NCBI RefSeq assembly: GCF_000757865.1
Contig: NZ_CP007754.1
Span: 1,290,001-1,322,000 of the forward strand
DNA length: 32,000 nucleotides
Direction of reading: 5' to 3'
From: Prochlorococcus sp. MIT 0801
GTDB taxonomy: Bacteria > Cyanobacteriota > Cyanobacteriia > PCC-6307 > Cyanobiaceae
Below the pieces are notes generated by a model, which worked only from the letters and a program-made list of their open reading frames with translations, ran no database searches and had not been told where the DNA came from. Every line of letters begins with the position of its first letter. Position 1 is the stretch's first letter. A program made the position numbers and the translations under genes. Below are positions 10,272 through 18,168 of the stretch, piece after piece.

Positions 10272-10622
10272 TTAATTCCTATTCATCTCTTCAATTCTTA
10301 ATTCCCTTAGATATAGAAAAAGAGGAGCTGAAAAAGCAAATGCGATTGTAAATGTAGTCAATATTACAATCCATAGATTTTTCATCTCTAATCTCTTTGA
10401 TTCAGAAATTATCCAAACGAATACAGCTGATGACCCTATAAAAAGATCTCTAGATAATGACTGAGAAGCTGGATTATTATTAGCTAACTCTATAAATAAT
10501 TGAATATCAAAAGCAGGTCCATAGCTTTTTGCAAATTCAATATTTGCAAGTGTAGGCAAAACGGCTCCTAATATAGCCAAAAACAAATAAATCCATTTCA
10601 ACCATTTAATCTGTCTTACCAT
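10272..10622 (-). CDS. Small integral membrane protein (DUF2834-like)
   Basis: 116 aa with three or four hydrophobic helices. No competing ORF. Confidence 0.55.
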   Translation of the reverse strand: MVRQIKWLKWIYLFLAILGAVLPTLANIEFAKSYGPAFDIQLFIELANNNPASQSLSRDLFIGSSAVFVWIISESKRLEMKNLWIVILTTFTIAFAFSAPLFLYLRELRIEEMNRN

Positions 10623-10756
10623 AAGTAATTTTTAATTTAATAAGAAATAATATATCAGAAGAATTATAAAGTTTGTCTGTTTTATGAATAAAAAAATATC
10701 ATAGTTCTACATATGAAACTAACTTACTATATTAGAAATAATATAATATATTGCGA

Positions 10757-11599
10757 ATGAAAATTGATGCCCCTAAAGAAATACTTAGCCTTCCTAACCT
10801 TAAATTAGCGGTGATCGGTCATGTCGAATGGGTAACATTCCTAAAGGTTGATCAGCTCCCATTAGCGGGACAAATTTCGCATGCAAAAGATTGCTTTGAA
10901 GAAGCAGCAGGTGGTGCGGCAGTCGCAGCTGTTCAGATGGCAAGGCTAATAAATAACCCTGTTGACTTAATCACATCATTGGGCAAAGACAATTATGGTG
11001 AAAAATGCTACGAAAGACTTACTAAACTTGGTTTAAATTTAAAAGTAGCTTGGCGAGAGAAACCAACCAGAAAAGGTATTAGCCTAATCAGCAAAGAGGG
11101 AGAAAGAGCAATTACAGTTATTGGAGAAAGATTACAGCCAATCGGTTCTGATAATTTACCTTGGAGTGACTTGAAAAATTACGATGGTGTTTTCATTACC
11201 GCTACTGACAAAGAAGGAATAAGATTCGCTAGGAAAGCTAGATTCCTCTCTGCAACTCCCCGAACAGGTCAACAAACCCTAAAGGATTCAAAAGTAAAAC
11301 TCAATGCATTGATTGGCAGTGGTCTTGATCCTGGTGAAAAGATAAATTACGAAGAACTTGAACCTAAACCAGACATATACATTTCAACAAAAGGAGACTC
11401 AGGTGGAACAATTTTTCCTGAAAATATTAAATACAAGCCCATTACGCCTAGTTCTAAAGAAATAGACACCTATGGTTGTGGGGACAGTTTCGCGGGGGCT
11501 GTGACTACTGCTCTCTCAGCAAAGCTAAATTTAGAGCAAGCGATTAATATAGGTGCATATTGCGGTGCTGAATGCTCAACTCATTACGGGCCTTACTAA
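10757..11599 (+). CDS. PfkB-family carbohydrate/nucleoside kinase
   Basis: Ribokinase-like fold signature DTYGCGDSFAGAV near the C-terminus. ATG 10757 is preferred over the tracked TTG 10751. Confidence 0.8.
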   Translation: MKIDAPKEILSLPNLKLAVIGHVEWVTFLKVDQLPLAGQISHAKDCFEEAAGGAAVAAVQMARLINNPVDLITSLGKDNYGEKCYERLTKLGLNLKVAWREKPTRKGISLISKEGERAITVIGERLQPIGSDNLPWSDLKNYDGVFITATDKEGIRFARKARFLSATPRTGQQTLKDSKVKLNALIGSGLDPGEKINYEELEPKPDIYISTKGDSGGTIFPENIKYKPITPSSKEIDTYGCGDSFAGAVTTALSAKLNLEQAINIGAYCGAECSTHYGPY

Positions 11600-11600
11600 A

Positions 11601-11807
11601 ATGAAAAAGCGAGAGTATAAAGATTCCAAAAAAAACAATAATAATTCTATTACATATAATTTTATAATCCTAATTATTTCAACTATTTCTCTTTTTGTTG
11701 AGTCAATAATAACCATTATCAGTTTATTTAAAAAAGGTATTTTAAAAAAAGAAATACTTTCAAAGAAAACAGATCTAGGCTTCGACTTGATAATCAAGAG
11801 AAAATAA
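11601..11807 (+). CDS. Doubtful small membrane ORF (68 aa)
   Basis: ATG right after the kinase stop, with one hydrophobic segment. The sequence is extremely AT-rich and low-complexity, and an antisense ORF (11576..11815) is equally open. Confidence 0.2.
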   Translation: MKKREYKDSKKNNNNSITYNFIILIISTISLFVESIITIISLFKKGILKKEILSKKTDLGFDLIIKRK

Positions 11808-11903
11808 AGAAACAAATGAAAGAGAACTCAATTTGACAATCTTCATTTGACTGGCTTTATTCCTAGAAGTTGCTTTAATTAGATAAGATCATAATAATCA
11901 ATA

Positions 11904-12266
11904 GTGAAATTGATTCCAATATTAATAATAGTATTCTTTTTTTATATATTCTTAACTTTAAAAAAGAGAAAAAAATTGTCAAATAGAAAGACTTTAATAG
12001 AAAGATTCAAGAAAAGGTTCAAGAATATCAATGTTCGTCGAGAAAGGATATCTGAAGAATTTACAAATTCTCTTTTACTTGATCCTTACAAAAACATCCC
12101 TTTAGGTACATGGTATTCAGAGGATGAGCTAAGAGAAAAAGCCGATATTCATAGATCTAGATTAAGTAAATTTGGTAAATCAAAAATTAATGGCGAAATG
12201 CTATATGTTGGACCAAAAGGAGGGATTTACAAGATAAGTGGAGATGGAAAGAAAAAATATGTGTAA
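11904..12266 (+). CDS. Hypothetical basic protein with N-terminal TM helix and C-terminal GPKGG..Y...G.KKY motif
   Basis: GTG start and TM helix LIPILIIVFFFYIFL. The C-terminus LYVGPKGGIYKISGDGKKKYV resembles the small basic adaptor motif known from chlorella-virus/phage proteins. That match is from memory. Confidence 0.5.
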   Translation: MKLIPILIIVFFFYIFLTLKKRKKLSNRKTLIERFKKRFKNINVRRERISEEFTNSLLLDPYKNIPLGTWYSEDELREKADIHRSRLSKFGKSKINGEMLYVGPKGGIYKISGDGKKKYV

Positions 12267-12332
12267 ATCTTGAAAGACGAAAATTAATAATTAAAAAAAA
12301 TCTAATTATTGCTAAACTTAAAAAGATAAATC

Positions 12333-12488
12333 ATGAGTAAATTGAATTTTTACCTAACAGTCTCATTTGGAGAATTAGAGCTATCTAATCTAACTTTTTG
12401 GAGCCTTGTTGCTATTACAGTATTATTCGTAGTATCTTTTGTTTTATCAACAATTCCTCTTACAAAAAATATTTCTTCAAAAAAATAG
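12333..12488 (+). CDS. Possible 51-aa single-TM micro-protein (below ORF-track cutoff)
   Basis: My translation is MSKLNFYLTVSFGELELSNLTFWSLVAITVLFVVSFVLSTIPLTKNISSKK. It has a clear hydrophobic helix and competes with minus-strand ORF 12350..12577. Confidence 0.25.
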   Translation: MSKLNFYLTVSFGELELSNLTFWSLVAITVLFVVSFVLSTIPLTKNISSKK

Positions 12489-12491
12489 AGT

Positions 12492-12737
12492 TCAAGCTGC
12501 CTTCTTATATTCTGAAAAGTCTCTATTAGCCCAATGTATTTTTTTGATAGATAGATTAGCAATCGAGTTCTTTTCACATTCTTCTTTCATAGATATTAAA
12601 TTACTTTCATCAATAAGTTGATTTGAAGGCTCATTTAAAGAAACGTTGGAGCTGGAGATATTTAAACGATATTTACGAGCAAGGTTTTGAATTGAGAAGC
12701 CTTTTGCCCTAGATCGATGTGGCCAAAAATTCTTCAC
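12492..12737 (-). CDS. Doubtful hypothetical protein (81 aa)
   Basis: GTG-start ORF with no recognisable motif. Overlapping alternative ORFs exist on both strands. Confidence 0.2.
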   Translation of the reverse strand: MKNFWPHRSRAKGFSIQNLARKYRLNISSSNVSLNEPSNQLIDESNLISMKEECEKNSIANLSIKKIHWANRDFSEYKKAA

Positions 12738-12771
12738 GATAAATAAAGTCTCTTTTTTTAAGAAAACTAAG

Positions 12772-12801
12772 AAAAAGAGAATTGCAAGTAATCCTCTTTT
12801 T
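12772..12801 (-). terminator. Possible terminator downstream of the pentapeptide-repeat gene
   Basis: aaaaagag / ctcttttt 8-bp stem with a 14-nt loop, 34 nt beyond the stop. AT-rich and weak. Confidence 0.25.
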
Positions 12802-12834
12802 TATTAACAAATAATTTCGATCGATTCTTAGATT

Positions 12835-13389
12835 TTACGCTGCAGGTATAGAAGGTTTATCTCCTTTACATTCAAGACTAGCCCTAGTAGAAACTCCTGT
12901 AGTTGGATTCACACCGTCAGCTATTTTACAGAGATTTCTTTGATCTTCACTGTCAAGAATCGCAAATGTAAAATCAGCTCCTTCAATTTGAGCACCAGCA
13001 AAACTACTACCTGATGCAATCATATTTACTAAAATGGAATTTCTAAGATCGGTCTTCTGAAAATTAACCCTGTCCGAAAGTGTATCAGTAAGATCTACAC
13101 CATTAAGGTTGGAACCTTTGAGGTCTGACAAAGTTAGTGTTGTTCCATGAAGATCGACGTTACTGAAATCAGCATCTCTTGCCATTGCACCAGCGATAGA
13201 GGAAAGATGTAAGTCTTCACCATGAAAATCGAATCCTGTGATATCAGAACGAACATAACTTGGAACTTCGTCTCCTTCACCCTTAACTGCCACATTGGCA
13301 CCAGCAAATACAGGAGTCACCCCAAAAAATATGATTAAAAAGCTGAGTACATATTTGATAATTTTTGAAAAAAGAAGATCAAATTTCAT
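12835..13389 (-). CDS. Pentapeptide-repeat protein with signal peptide (thylakoid-lumen type)
   Basis: N-terminal hydrophobic signal ending VFAGA. Followed by long A(D/N)LxX-type repeats (DFSNVDLHGTTLTLSDLKGSNLNGVDLTDT...). Confidence 0.85.
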   Translation of the reverse strand: MKFDLLFSKIIKYVLSFLIIFFGVTPVFAGANVAVKGEGDEVPSYVRSDITGFDFHGEDLHLSSIAGAMARDADFSNVDLHGTTLTLSDLKGSNLNGVDLTDTLSDRVNFQKTDLRNSILVNMIASGSSFAGAQIEGADFTFAILDSEDQRNLCKIADGVNPTTGVSTRASLECKGDKPSIPAA

Positions 13390-13495
13390 GAGTAAAAATG
13401 ATAATCCACCTGATTAATGCAATTATCTCTCCTATTAAAGAATTTTAAGTACATTGATAAGACAAATTAATGTAAAAGGGATTATCAAGTGGTTA

Positions 13496-13675
13496 TTACA
13501 AAAGAGGTCTTCCAGAGATAAACTCATGCATTACTGGGTTCATCCAATATAAACCTACAAATAACATGACAAAAACATTAAAAACTATCAAAACACCACC
13601 AAGTAAAAAGGTCTGATCATTCGAAGTATTATCTTCTCTTGTGTTTTGAACAATGGCTTGAAAATTCTGGTTCAT
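13496..13675 (-). CDS. Small single-TM membrane protein (59 aa from ATG; 62 aa from TTG 13684)
   Basis: Polar N-terminus followed by TM helix LLGGVLIVFNVFVMLFVGLYW. No competing ORF. Confidence 0.45.
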   Translation of the reverse strand: MNQNFQAIVQNTREDNTSNDQTFLLGGVLIVFNVFVMLFVGLYWMNPVMHEFISGRPLL

Positions 13676-13880
13676 TTTTCGCAATAAGACCCGACCAAGT
13701 TACTAGAAAAAAAGAAATAATGAGGCTCTAACAGGAGAATTAACAGGATCTTTCTATTTGTTTAAGATTTGAAAAATATTTCTGTTGATAATTTTGGAGA
13801 AAAGAGGCTTAGATCTTTCTATCTTTTTAAAAATCAATCTCCCATTCAAGTATTAATATCTGTCAAAGACTGATTCACTT

Positions 13881-14222
13881 ATGCCATTCATTCAAATCAA
13901 CGCATCCTCAAAAAGTGTTGTAGAAAATGATGATTTGCTCCAAAAAGATATTTCAAAAATGATTGCTGTTTTAACCGGAAAACCGGAAAATTACGTAATG
14001 ACGATGATCCAAAAAGATGCCAAAATGACATTTGCTGGATCCGATGAACCATGCTGTTTCATCAAGGTTCAATCAATTGGCTCACTAAACCCATCCTCGA
14101 TGAGCAAGGCTTTGTGCGAGTTAATTGCATCTAAAACCAATATAAATACAAATAGAATTTATATTGAATTTTTCGACGTTAAAGCCTCAAATTGGGGATT
14201 CAATGGTTCAACATTTGGATAG
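13881..14222 (+). CDS. MIF / tautomerase-superfamily protein
   Basis: Starts MPFIQI (catalytic Pro-1 after Met removal). Length (113 aa) and beta-alpha-beta pattern are typical of macrophage migration inhibitory factor homologues. Confidence 0.75.
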   Translation: MPFIQINASSKSVVENDDLLQKDISKMIAVLTGKPENYVMTMIQKDAKMTFAGSDEPCCFIKVQSIGSLNPSSMSKALCELIASKTNINTNRIYIEFFDVKASNWGFNGSTFG

Positions 14223-14288
14223 GAAATTTATTATCTTTTTTAATCATTGTTGAAAATATCTTAATTGAATCAACCAACTATTCATTAA

Positions 14289-14702
14289 CTAAGAGAGTTC
14301 ACAACCCTTTTCAGTACATAATTTCTCAATAGAAGGTCGAAAAGTTAATTTTAATCTGTATTTTGCCCATATCCCATAAATAAACTCAATAAATTTATCA
14401 AAAATGGGCAATTTTGTTGGTGCATAAATCCAACCCAATCCAATCAACGTATAAGCCTCTTGAAAAACCTTAATATCCTTAATTAATGAACCATCACTTT
14501 TAAAAGCATGGATTCTCTCCATCGCTTGTTTATAGGTAATGCCATATTTAAGATCTAAATAAAAATCAGAAGTATTTATATCAATAAAACTTAGGTATCC
14601 CTTTTGATTTCTTGATTGCAAGAAATCAACCTCTCTTTTGCATAAGGGGCATCCTCCATCAAAAAAAATAGTAAGCTTCGCTGTATTCATAAAAAATTTC
14701 AA
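14289..14702 (-). CDS. Thiol-disulfide oxidoreductase DCC family (DUF393)
   Basis: N-terminal FFDGGCPLCKREVDFL with a CxxC motif. Length is 137 aa. Confidence 0.8.
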   Translation of the reverse strand: MKFFMNTAKLTIFFDGGCPLCKREVDFLQSRNQKGYLSFIDINTSDFYLDLKYGITYKQAMERIHAFKSDGSLIKDIKVFQEAYTLIGLGWIYAPTKLPIFDKFIEFIYGIWAKYRLKLTFRPSIEKLCTEKGCELS

Positions 14703-14817
14703 AATTTTTAAGAGCTTTATTTAAGACATAAAGGATATCTTCGTTGTTCAATGTAAATAAACACTTGATAGCAGCACAAATAAGAGCGATCTTAATGATA
14801 TCTAACTGATAAAAAAA

Positions 14818-15276
14818 ATGGGTGCACTATTTATTTTCATATTAATCTCAGTATCAGTAATTTCCGCCTTGCTTTTCTTCAATAAAGGGGAGAAAGCTCA
14901 AGAGATCAAAAGCACTCTCAAAAACATATATGAAAATTTTAAAGAACTCTTCTCAAATTTTAAAAAGCTTTTTTTGATAGTTAAAGAGCTAATTCAATCA
15001 AAATTAGATCAAGGACCAACTCAGCTGAAAGATGAATCAACAGAGTCGCAACCTGAGGCAACTCCTGAACCTGAGGCAACTCCTGAACCTGAGGTAATTC
15101 CTGAACCTGAGGTAATTCCTGAACCTGAGGTAATTTCTGAACCTGAGGCAACTCCTGAACCTGAGGCAACTCCTGAACCTGAGGCAACTCCTGAACCTGA
15201 GGCAACTCCTGAACCTGAGGCAACTCCTGAACCTGAGGCAACTCCTGAACCTGAGGAACTCCTGAACCTGAGGTAA
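14818..15276 (+). CDS. Membrane-anchored acidic Pro/Glu-rich tandem-repeat protein, truncated by a 1-nt deletion. The repeat frame continues in the -1 frame to a stop at 15504..15506.
   Basis: N-terminal TM helix [19 protein letters not shown], a coiled region, then ([12 protein letters not shown])n. Repeat unit 12 reads cctgagg-aactcctgaa, missing one base, which creates a TAA at 15274. Confidence 0.7.
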   Translation: MGALFIFILISVSVISALLFFNKGEKAQEIKSTLKNIYENFKELFSNFKKLFLIVKELIQSKLDQGPTQLKDESTESQPEATPEPEATPEPEVIPEPEVIPEPEVISEPEATPEPEATPEPEATPEPEATPEPEATPEPEATPEPEELLNLR

Positions 15277-15464
15277 CTTCTGAACCTGAGGTAACTTCTG
15301 AACCTGAGGCAACTCCTGAACCTGAGGCAACTCCTGAACCTGAGGTAATTTCTGAACCTGAGGCAACTCCTGAACCTGAGGTAATTTCTGAACCTGAGGC
15401 AACTCCTGAACCTGAGGTAATGCCTGAACCTGAGGTAATTACTGAACCTGAGGCAACTTCTGAA
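15052..15464 (+). repeat. 23 tandem copies of an 18-nt unit cctgagg[ct]aa[ct]t[ct]ctgaa (one copy is 17 nt)
   Basis: I counted units directly. Units 6-11 are identical, and unit 12 (15250..15266) lacks one nucleotide. Variant units encode AT(P/S), VI(P/S/T), VTS and VMP. Confidence 0.95.
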
Positions 15465-15526
15465 AATTCAATTGATGACGAAAATATTGATATAAAAACG
15501 GAGTAATTTTTTTAGATTTTTTCCCA

Positions 15527-15563
15527 ATAAAAAGCCTCATCAAATTTGATGAGGCTTTTTTAT
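15527..15563. terminator. Bidirectional intrinsic terminator between the repeat gene and the first pcb gene
   Basis: 12-bp perfect stem aaaagcctcatc / gatgaggctttt, flanked by an A-run upstream and a T-run downstream. The flanking genes are convergent. Confidence 0.8.
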
Positions 15564-15584
15564 TGAAATTTAAGTTTGAATCAA

Positions 15585-16640
15585 CTAACTCTCAGTTGTT
15601 GCGAGAGAAGCTACTGATCCAACAACACGACGGAAATCAAAGCCCATGGCTCTAAGAGCATGCCAAATATGACCTTGAATAAAGAAAAATCCAAAGTAAT
15701 AATGAACATTTGACAATGCAGCTCTAGTTGTATGGCCTAAAAACGCAGTGCTATCTGAGACATCTCCCGTGTCTACCCAATAAGGAGAAATTCCAAATTT
15801 CAAAGCTAAAGGCTCTCCATACCAGTCAATTGGATAAACAGTTGTATTTTGTGCGCACCAGAATGCAGCAACAATTGCCATCCAACCAATACCAGCAAGA
15901 GACCAGGAAAGAACGGCTTCTGCTGAAAGCAATCCTTTACCTTTGAACTCAGTGTATTCGCCTAGTTGTTTTGTAGCGATGTGCCATGCACCACCACTTA
16001 TTTGAACGAATGCTAAAAATGCATGACCGCTCATTACTTCTTCAAGGCTGTCAATGGTAAGGAAGTCGAACTGATGCCCGTAAACCATTCCAAAGTCACC
16101 ATATCCAGGGAAGATTGTTCTGATTTCACCTATGGCTGGATCATAAATTCCATGCCATCTTGCCCACTCTACGAACCAAATATTTGCAACCCCAAAGAAA
16201 ATCAAGTGATGTCCAAGAATGAATGTCAAATTATCTGGGTTGTCCCATTCAAGTTTGAATTTCTTGGTGGTAGGAATTGGACCATCTTTCAAGTCCGGAT
16301 CAAATAAGAGTGAATGAGCTAATCCAGCTGTTCCATATACAGCTGAAAAAATCAAATGGAAAATAGCAATTGTTGCTACACCAGCTCCGGTCCATACTCC
16401 AGCTTCATCAAAGCCGAGGCCAAGAGATGCTAGATGAGCAAGAAAAATGGAACTTTGATGTCCCATTGGTATTTCTGGGTTGTAGCGAGCAAGCTCCCAA
16501 AGGGTACTTCCACCAGCTGCAAAGCAAATCAGGCCTGTGTGTCCGATATGTGACCCTATGAATCGACCAGCGCGATTGGTCACCACAGAATTGCCAACCC
16601 ACCACCCGTAGGTGACGTCTGGGTTTCCGTAGGTCTGCAT
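15585..16640 (-). CDS. pcb: Prochlorophyte chlorophyll a/b-binding antenna protein (Pcb, CP43/IsiA family), paralogue 1
   Basis: 351 aa. N-terminus MQTYGNPDVTYGWWVGNS and six-helix CP43-like core without the large lumenal loop. C-terminus HYYFGFFFIQGHIWHALRAMGFDF. Confidence 0.95.
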   Translation of the reverse strand: MQTYGNPDVTYGWWVGNSVVTNRAGRFIGSHIGHTGLICFAAGGSTLWELARYNPEIPMGHQSSIFLAHLASLGLGFDEAGVWTGAGVATIAIFHLIFSAVYGTAGLAHSLLFDPDLKDGPIPTTKKFKLEWDNPDNLTFILGHHLIFFGVANIWFVEWARWHGIYDPAIGEIRTIFPGYGDFGMVYGHQFDFLTIDSLEEVMSGHAFLAFVQISGGAWHIATKQLGEYTEFKGKGLLSAEAVLSWSLAGIGWMAIVAAFWCAQNTTVYPIDWYGEPLALKFGISPYWVDTGDVSDSTAFLGHTTRAALSNVHYYFGFFFIQGHIWHALRAMGFDFRRVVGSVASLATTES

Positions 16641-16670
16641 AATTAAGGAATTAAAGTCGAAATTTTGGCT

Positions 16671-16720
16671 ACCTTACACTTTTTGGAATTGTTTTTACCA
16701 GAATAGTTAGAGGTCTTTAT
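16671..16720 (-). promoter_or_regulatory. pcb paralogue 1 promoter region: -10-like TGTAAGGT plus conserved upstream box
   Basis: On the gene strand: ATAAAGACCTCTAACTATTC, 24 nt, TAAGGT, about 30-nt leader, ATG. The same geometry occurs upstream of paralogues 2, 3 and 4. Confidence 0.4.
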
Positions 16721-16818
16721 AGGTCTCTACCATTTTTTACCAAAAAAGCTCTATTTATTTAAAAATAGACAAAAAAAATACCCCCCATAATAGAGGGATA
16801 TTTTTGTTTTTTTTTAAT

Positions 16819-17931
16819 CTATCTTGGAGCTCTTCCATTGAAACCAGCGCCTTCAACCCTGACTGTTGCCCCTTCAGTATTACCAATTGCTTCGGAAACC
16901 TTCTTGAAGTCAAATCCTAACGCACGTAAAGCATGCCAGAAATGACCCTGTAAGAAGAAAAATCCAAAGTAATAATGAACATTAACTAAAGCAGCCCTAG
17001 TTGTGTGACCAAAGAAAGCTGTTATGCCAGTGCTATCTGCTGTATCAATCCAATATGGAGCAACTGAGAACTGTAACTTCAAAGGCTCACCAAACCACTC
17101 AATTGGATAAACGGTTGTATTGGTAGCAGCCCAGAATGCAGCAACAATTGCCATCCAACCTATACCTGCAAGAGACCATGAAAGGACTGCCTCTGCAGAA
17201 AGCAATTCAGCTCCTTTGTACTTACTCCATTCACCAAGTCTCTTGTTTTCCCATTGAGTTGAACCTGCAACCATATGAATAGTTGCGCCGGTTAATTCTG
17301 CAAAAGCAAGAAATGCATGACCACCCATTACATCTTCGAGACTATCAATCCCGATGAAATCAAATTGACGATTCCATATCATCGTCAAATCAAGATTGTA
17401 ATTGACCTGTCTTACCGCACCAATAGCTGGATCATATATGCCGTGGATTCTTGCCCATTCAACAAAGGCTATGCAAGCCATTCCAAAGAAGAATAAATGA
17501 TGGCCCAGGATAAACGTCTGATTATCTGGATTATTCCATTCCAATTTAAACTTTCTAGCTCTTGGAACCTCACTATCTGCAACATCAGCTTCAAAATAAA
17601 CTGCATGCAATAAAGCACCACCTCCGTAAACCATTGACAAAACCAAGTGAACAATGGCTACGGCTGCTACACCAACACCAGTCCAAGCTCCAGCCTCGTC
17701 AAAACCTACGCCAAAAGCGGCAAGATGCCCCAAGAATAAGGAGCTTTGATGCCCCATGGGGATCTCTGGATTGTAGCGAGCAAGTTCCCAAAGGGTACTT
17801 CCTCCAGCCGCGAATGCGATCAAGCCTGTATGCCCAATATGGGAGGCTATGAATCGACCAGAACGACTTGTGACCACAGAATTACCAGCCCACCACTCGT
17901 AAGTAACGTCTGGATTTCCATAGCTCTGCAT
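16819..17931 (-). CDS. pcb: Pcb/IsiA-like antenna protein, divergent paralogue 2 (370 aa)
   Basis: Same family N- and C-terminal signatures. Has an internal insertion (HMVAGSTQWENKRLGEW) and a 20+ aa C-terminal tail ending NGRAPR. Composition is visibly less AT-rich than the neighbours. Confidence 0.95.
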   Translation of the reverse strand: MQSYGNPDVTYEWWAGNSVVTSRSGRFIASHIGHTGLIAFAAGGSTLWELARYNPEIPMGHQSSLFLGHLAAFGVGFDEAGAWTGVGVAAVAIVHLVLSMVYGGGALLHAVYFEADVADSEVPRARKFKLEWNNPDNQTFILGHHLFFFGMACIAFVEWARIHGIYDPAIGAVRQVNYNLDLTMIWNRQFDFIGIDSLEDVMGGHAFLAFAELTGATIHMVAGSTQWENKRLGEWSKYKGAELLSAEAVLSWSLAGIGWMAIVAAFWAATNTTVYPIEWFGEPLKLQFSVAPYWIDTADSTGITAFFGHTTRAALVNVHYYFGFFFLQGHFWHALRALGFDFKKVSEAIGNTEGATVRVEGAGFNGRAPR

Positions 17932-17963
17932 AATGTCTAAGCGAATCAGGGAAATATGCGTGC

Positions 17964-18013
17964 AGATTACACTCTGTTCAATTGATATGTGCAGAATAGT
18001 TAAAGGTCGTTAT
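17964..18013 (-). promoter_or_regulatory. pcb paralogue 2 promoter region: TGTAATCT plus conserved box
   Basis: On the gene strand: ATAACGACCTTTAACTATTC, then TGCACA... (24 nt total), then TAATCT, 33-40 nt before the ATG. Confidence 0.4.
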
Positions 18014-18107
18014 GTTTGAAATTCTTTTTTCCGGATAATTAAGAGAGAAGCCAAGTCTTATTAGCTTTATCAAATCAATGCTTCGAAAGAATTTATTCCA
18101 CCAAGTG

Positions 18108-18144
18108 AAAAAAAACAAAAAAAAGAGAGGATTAAATCCTCTCT
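18108..18144 (-). terminator. Intrinsic terminator of pcb paralogue 3
   Basis: Stem agagaggat / atcctctct, followed on the minus strand by a long T-run. Lies 25 nt beyond the stop. Confidence 0.7.
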
Positions 18145-18168
18145 ATAAAAAAACAAGTTTTTAATTGT

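Noticed and set aside
12749-12802. Three segments (tctcttttt / aaaaagaga / tcctctttttt) able to form alternative hairpins, resembling an attenuator
   Set aside because: They are short homopolymer-like A/T-G runs in very AT-rich DNA. No leader peptide or regulated downstream gene is evident, so this is probably chance plus a weak terminator.
14981-15402. Two minus-strand ORFs ([10 protein letters not shown]... and [11 protein letters not shown]...) across the 18-nt repeat array
   Set aside because: A stop-free tandem repeat is open in several frames on both strands. The plus-strand frame has a proper TM N-terminus, unique flanks and a terminator. The antisense ORFs have none of these.
15052-15464. 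Possible CRISPR array, given the regular short repeats
   Set aside because: The units are directly adjacent 18-mers with no spacers. They lie in-frame in a coding sequence, and no cas genes are present.
16770-16818. A terminator hairpin after pcb paralogue 2 (ataccccccataatagagggatat flanked by A/T runs)
   Set aside because: The stem pairs only imperfectly (3-4 GC pairs with mismatches). Termination there is plausible, but I could not draw a convincing hairpin.
18033-18050. GATAATTAAGAGAG as a possible Fur box upstream of the IsiA-like pcb
   Set aside because: Only one GATAAT half-site is present, and such hexamers are common in AT-rich DNA. I cannot support this without a matrix scan, so it is mentioned only as a lead in the finding.
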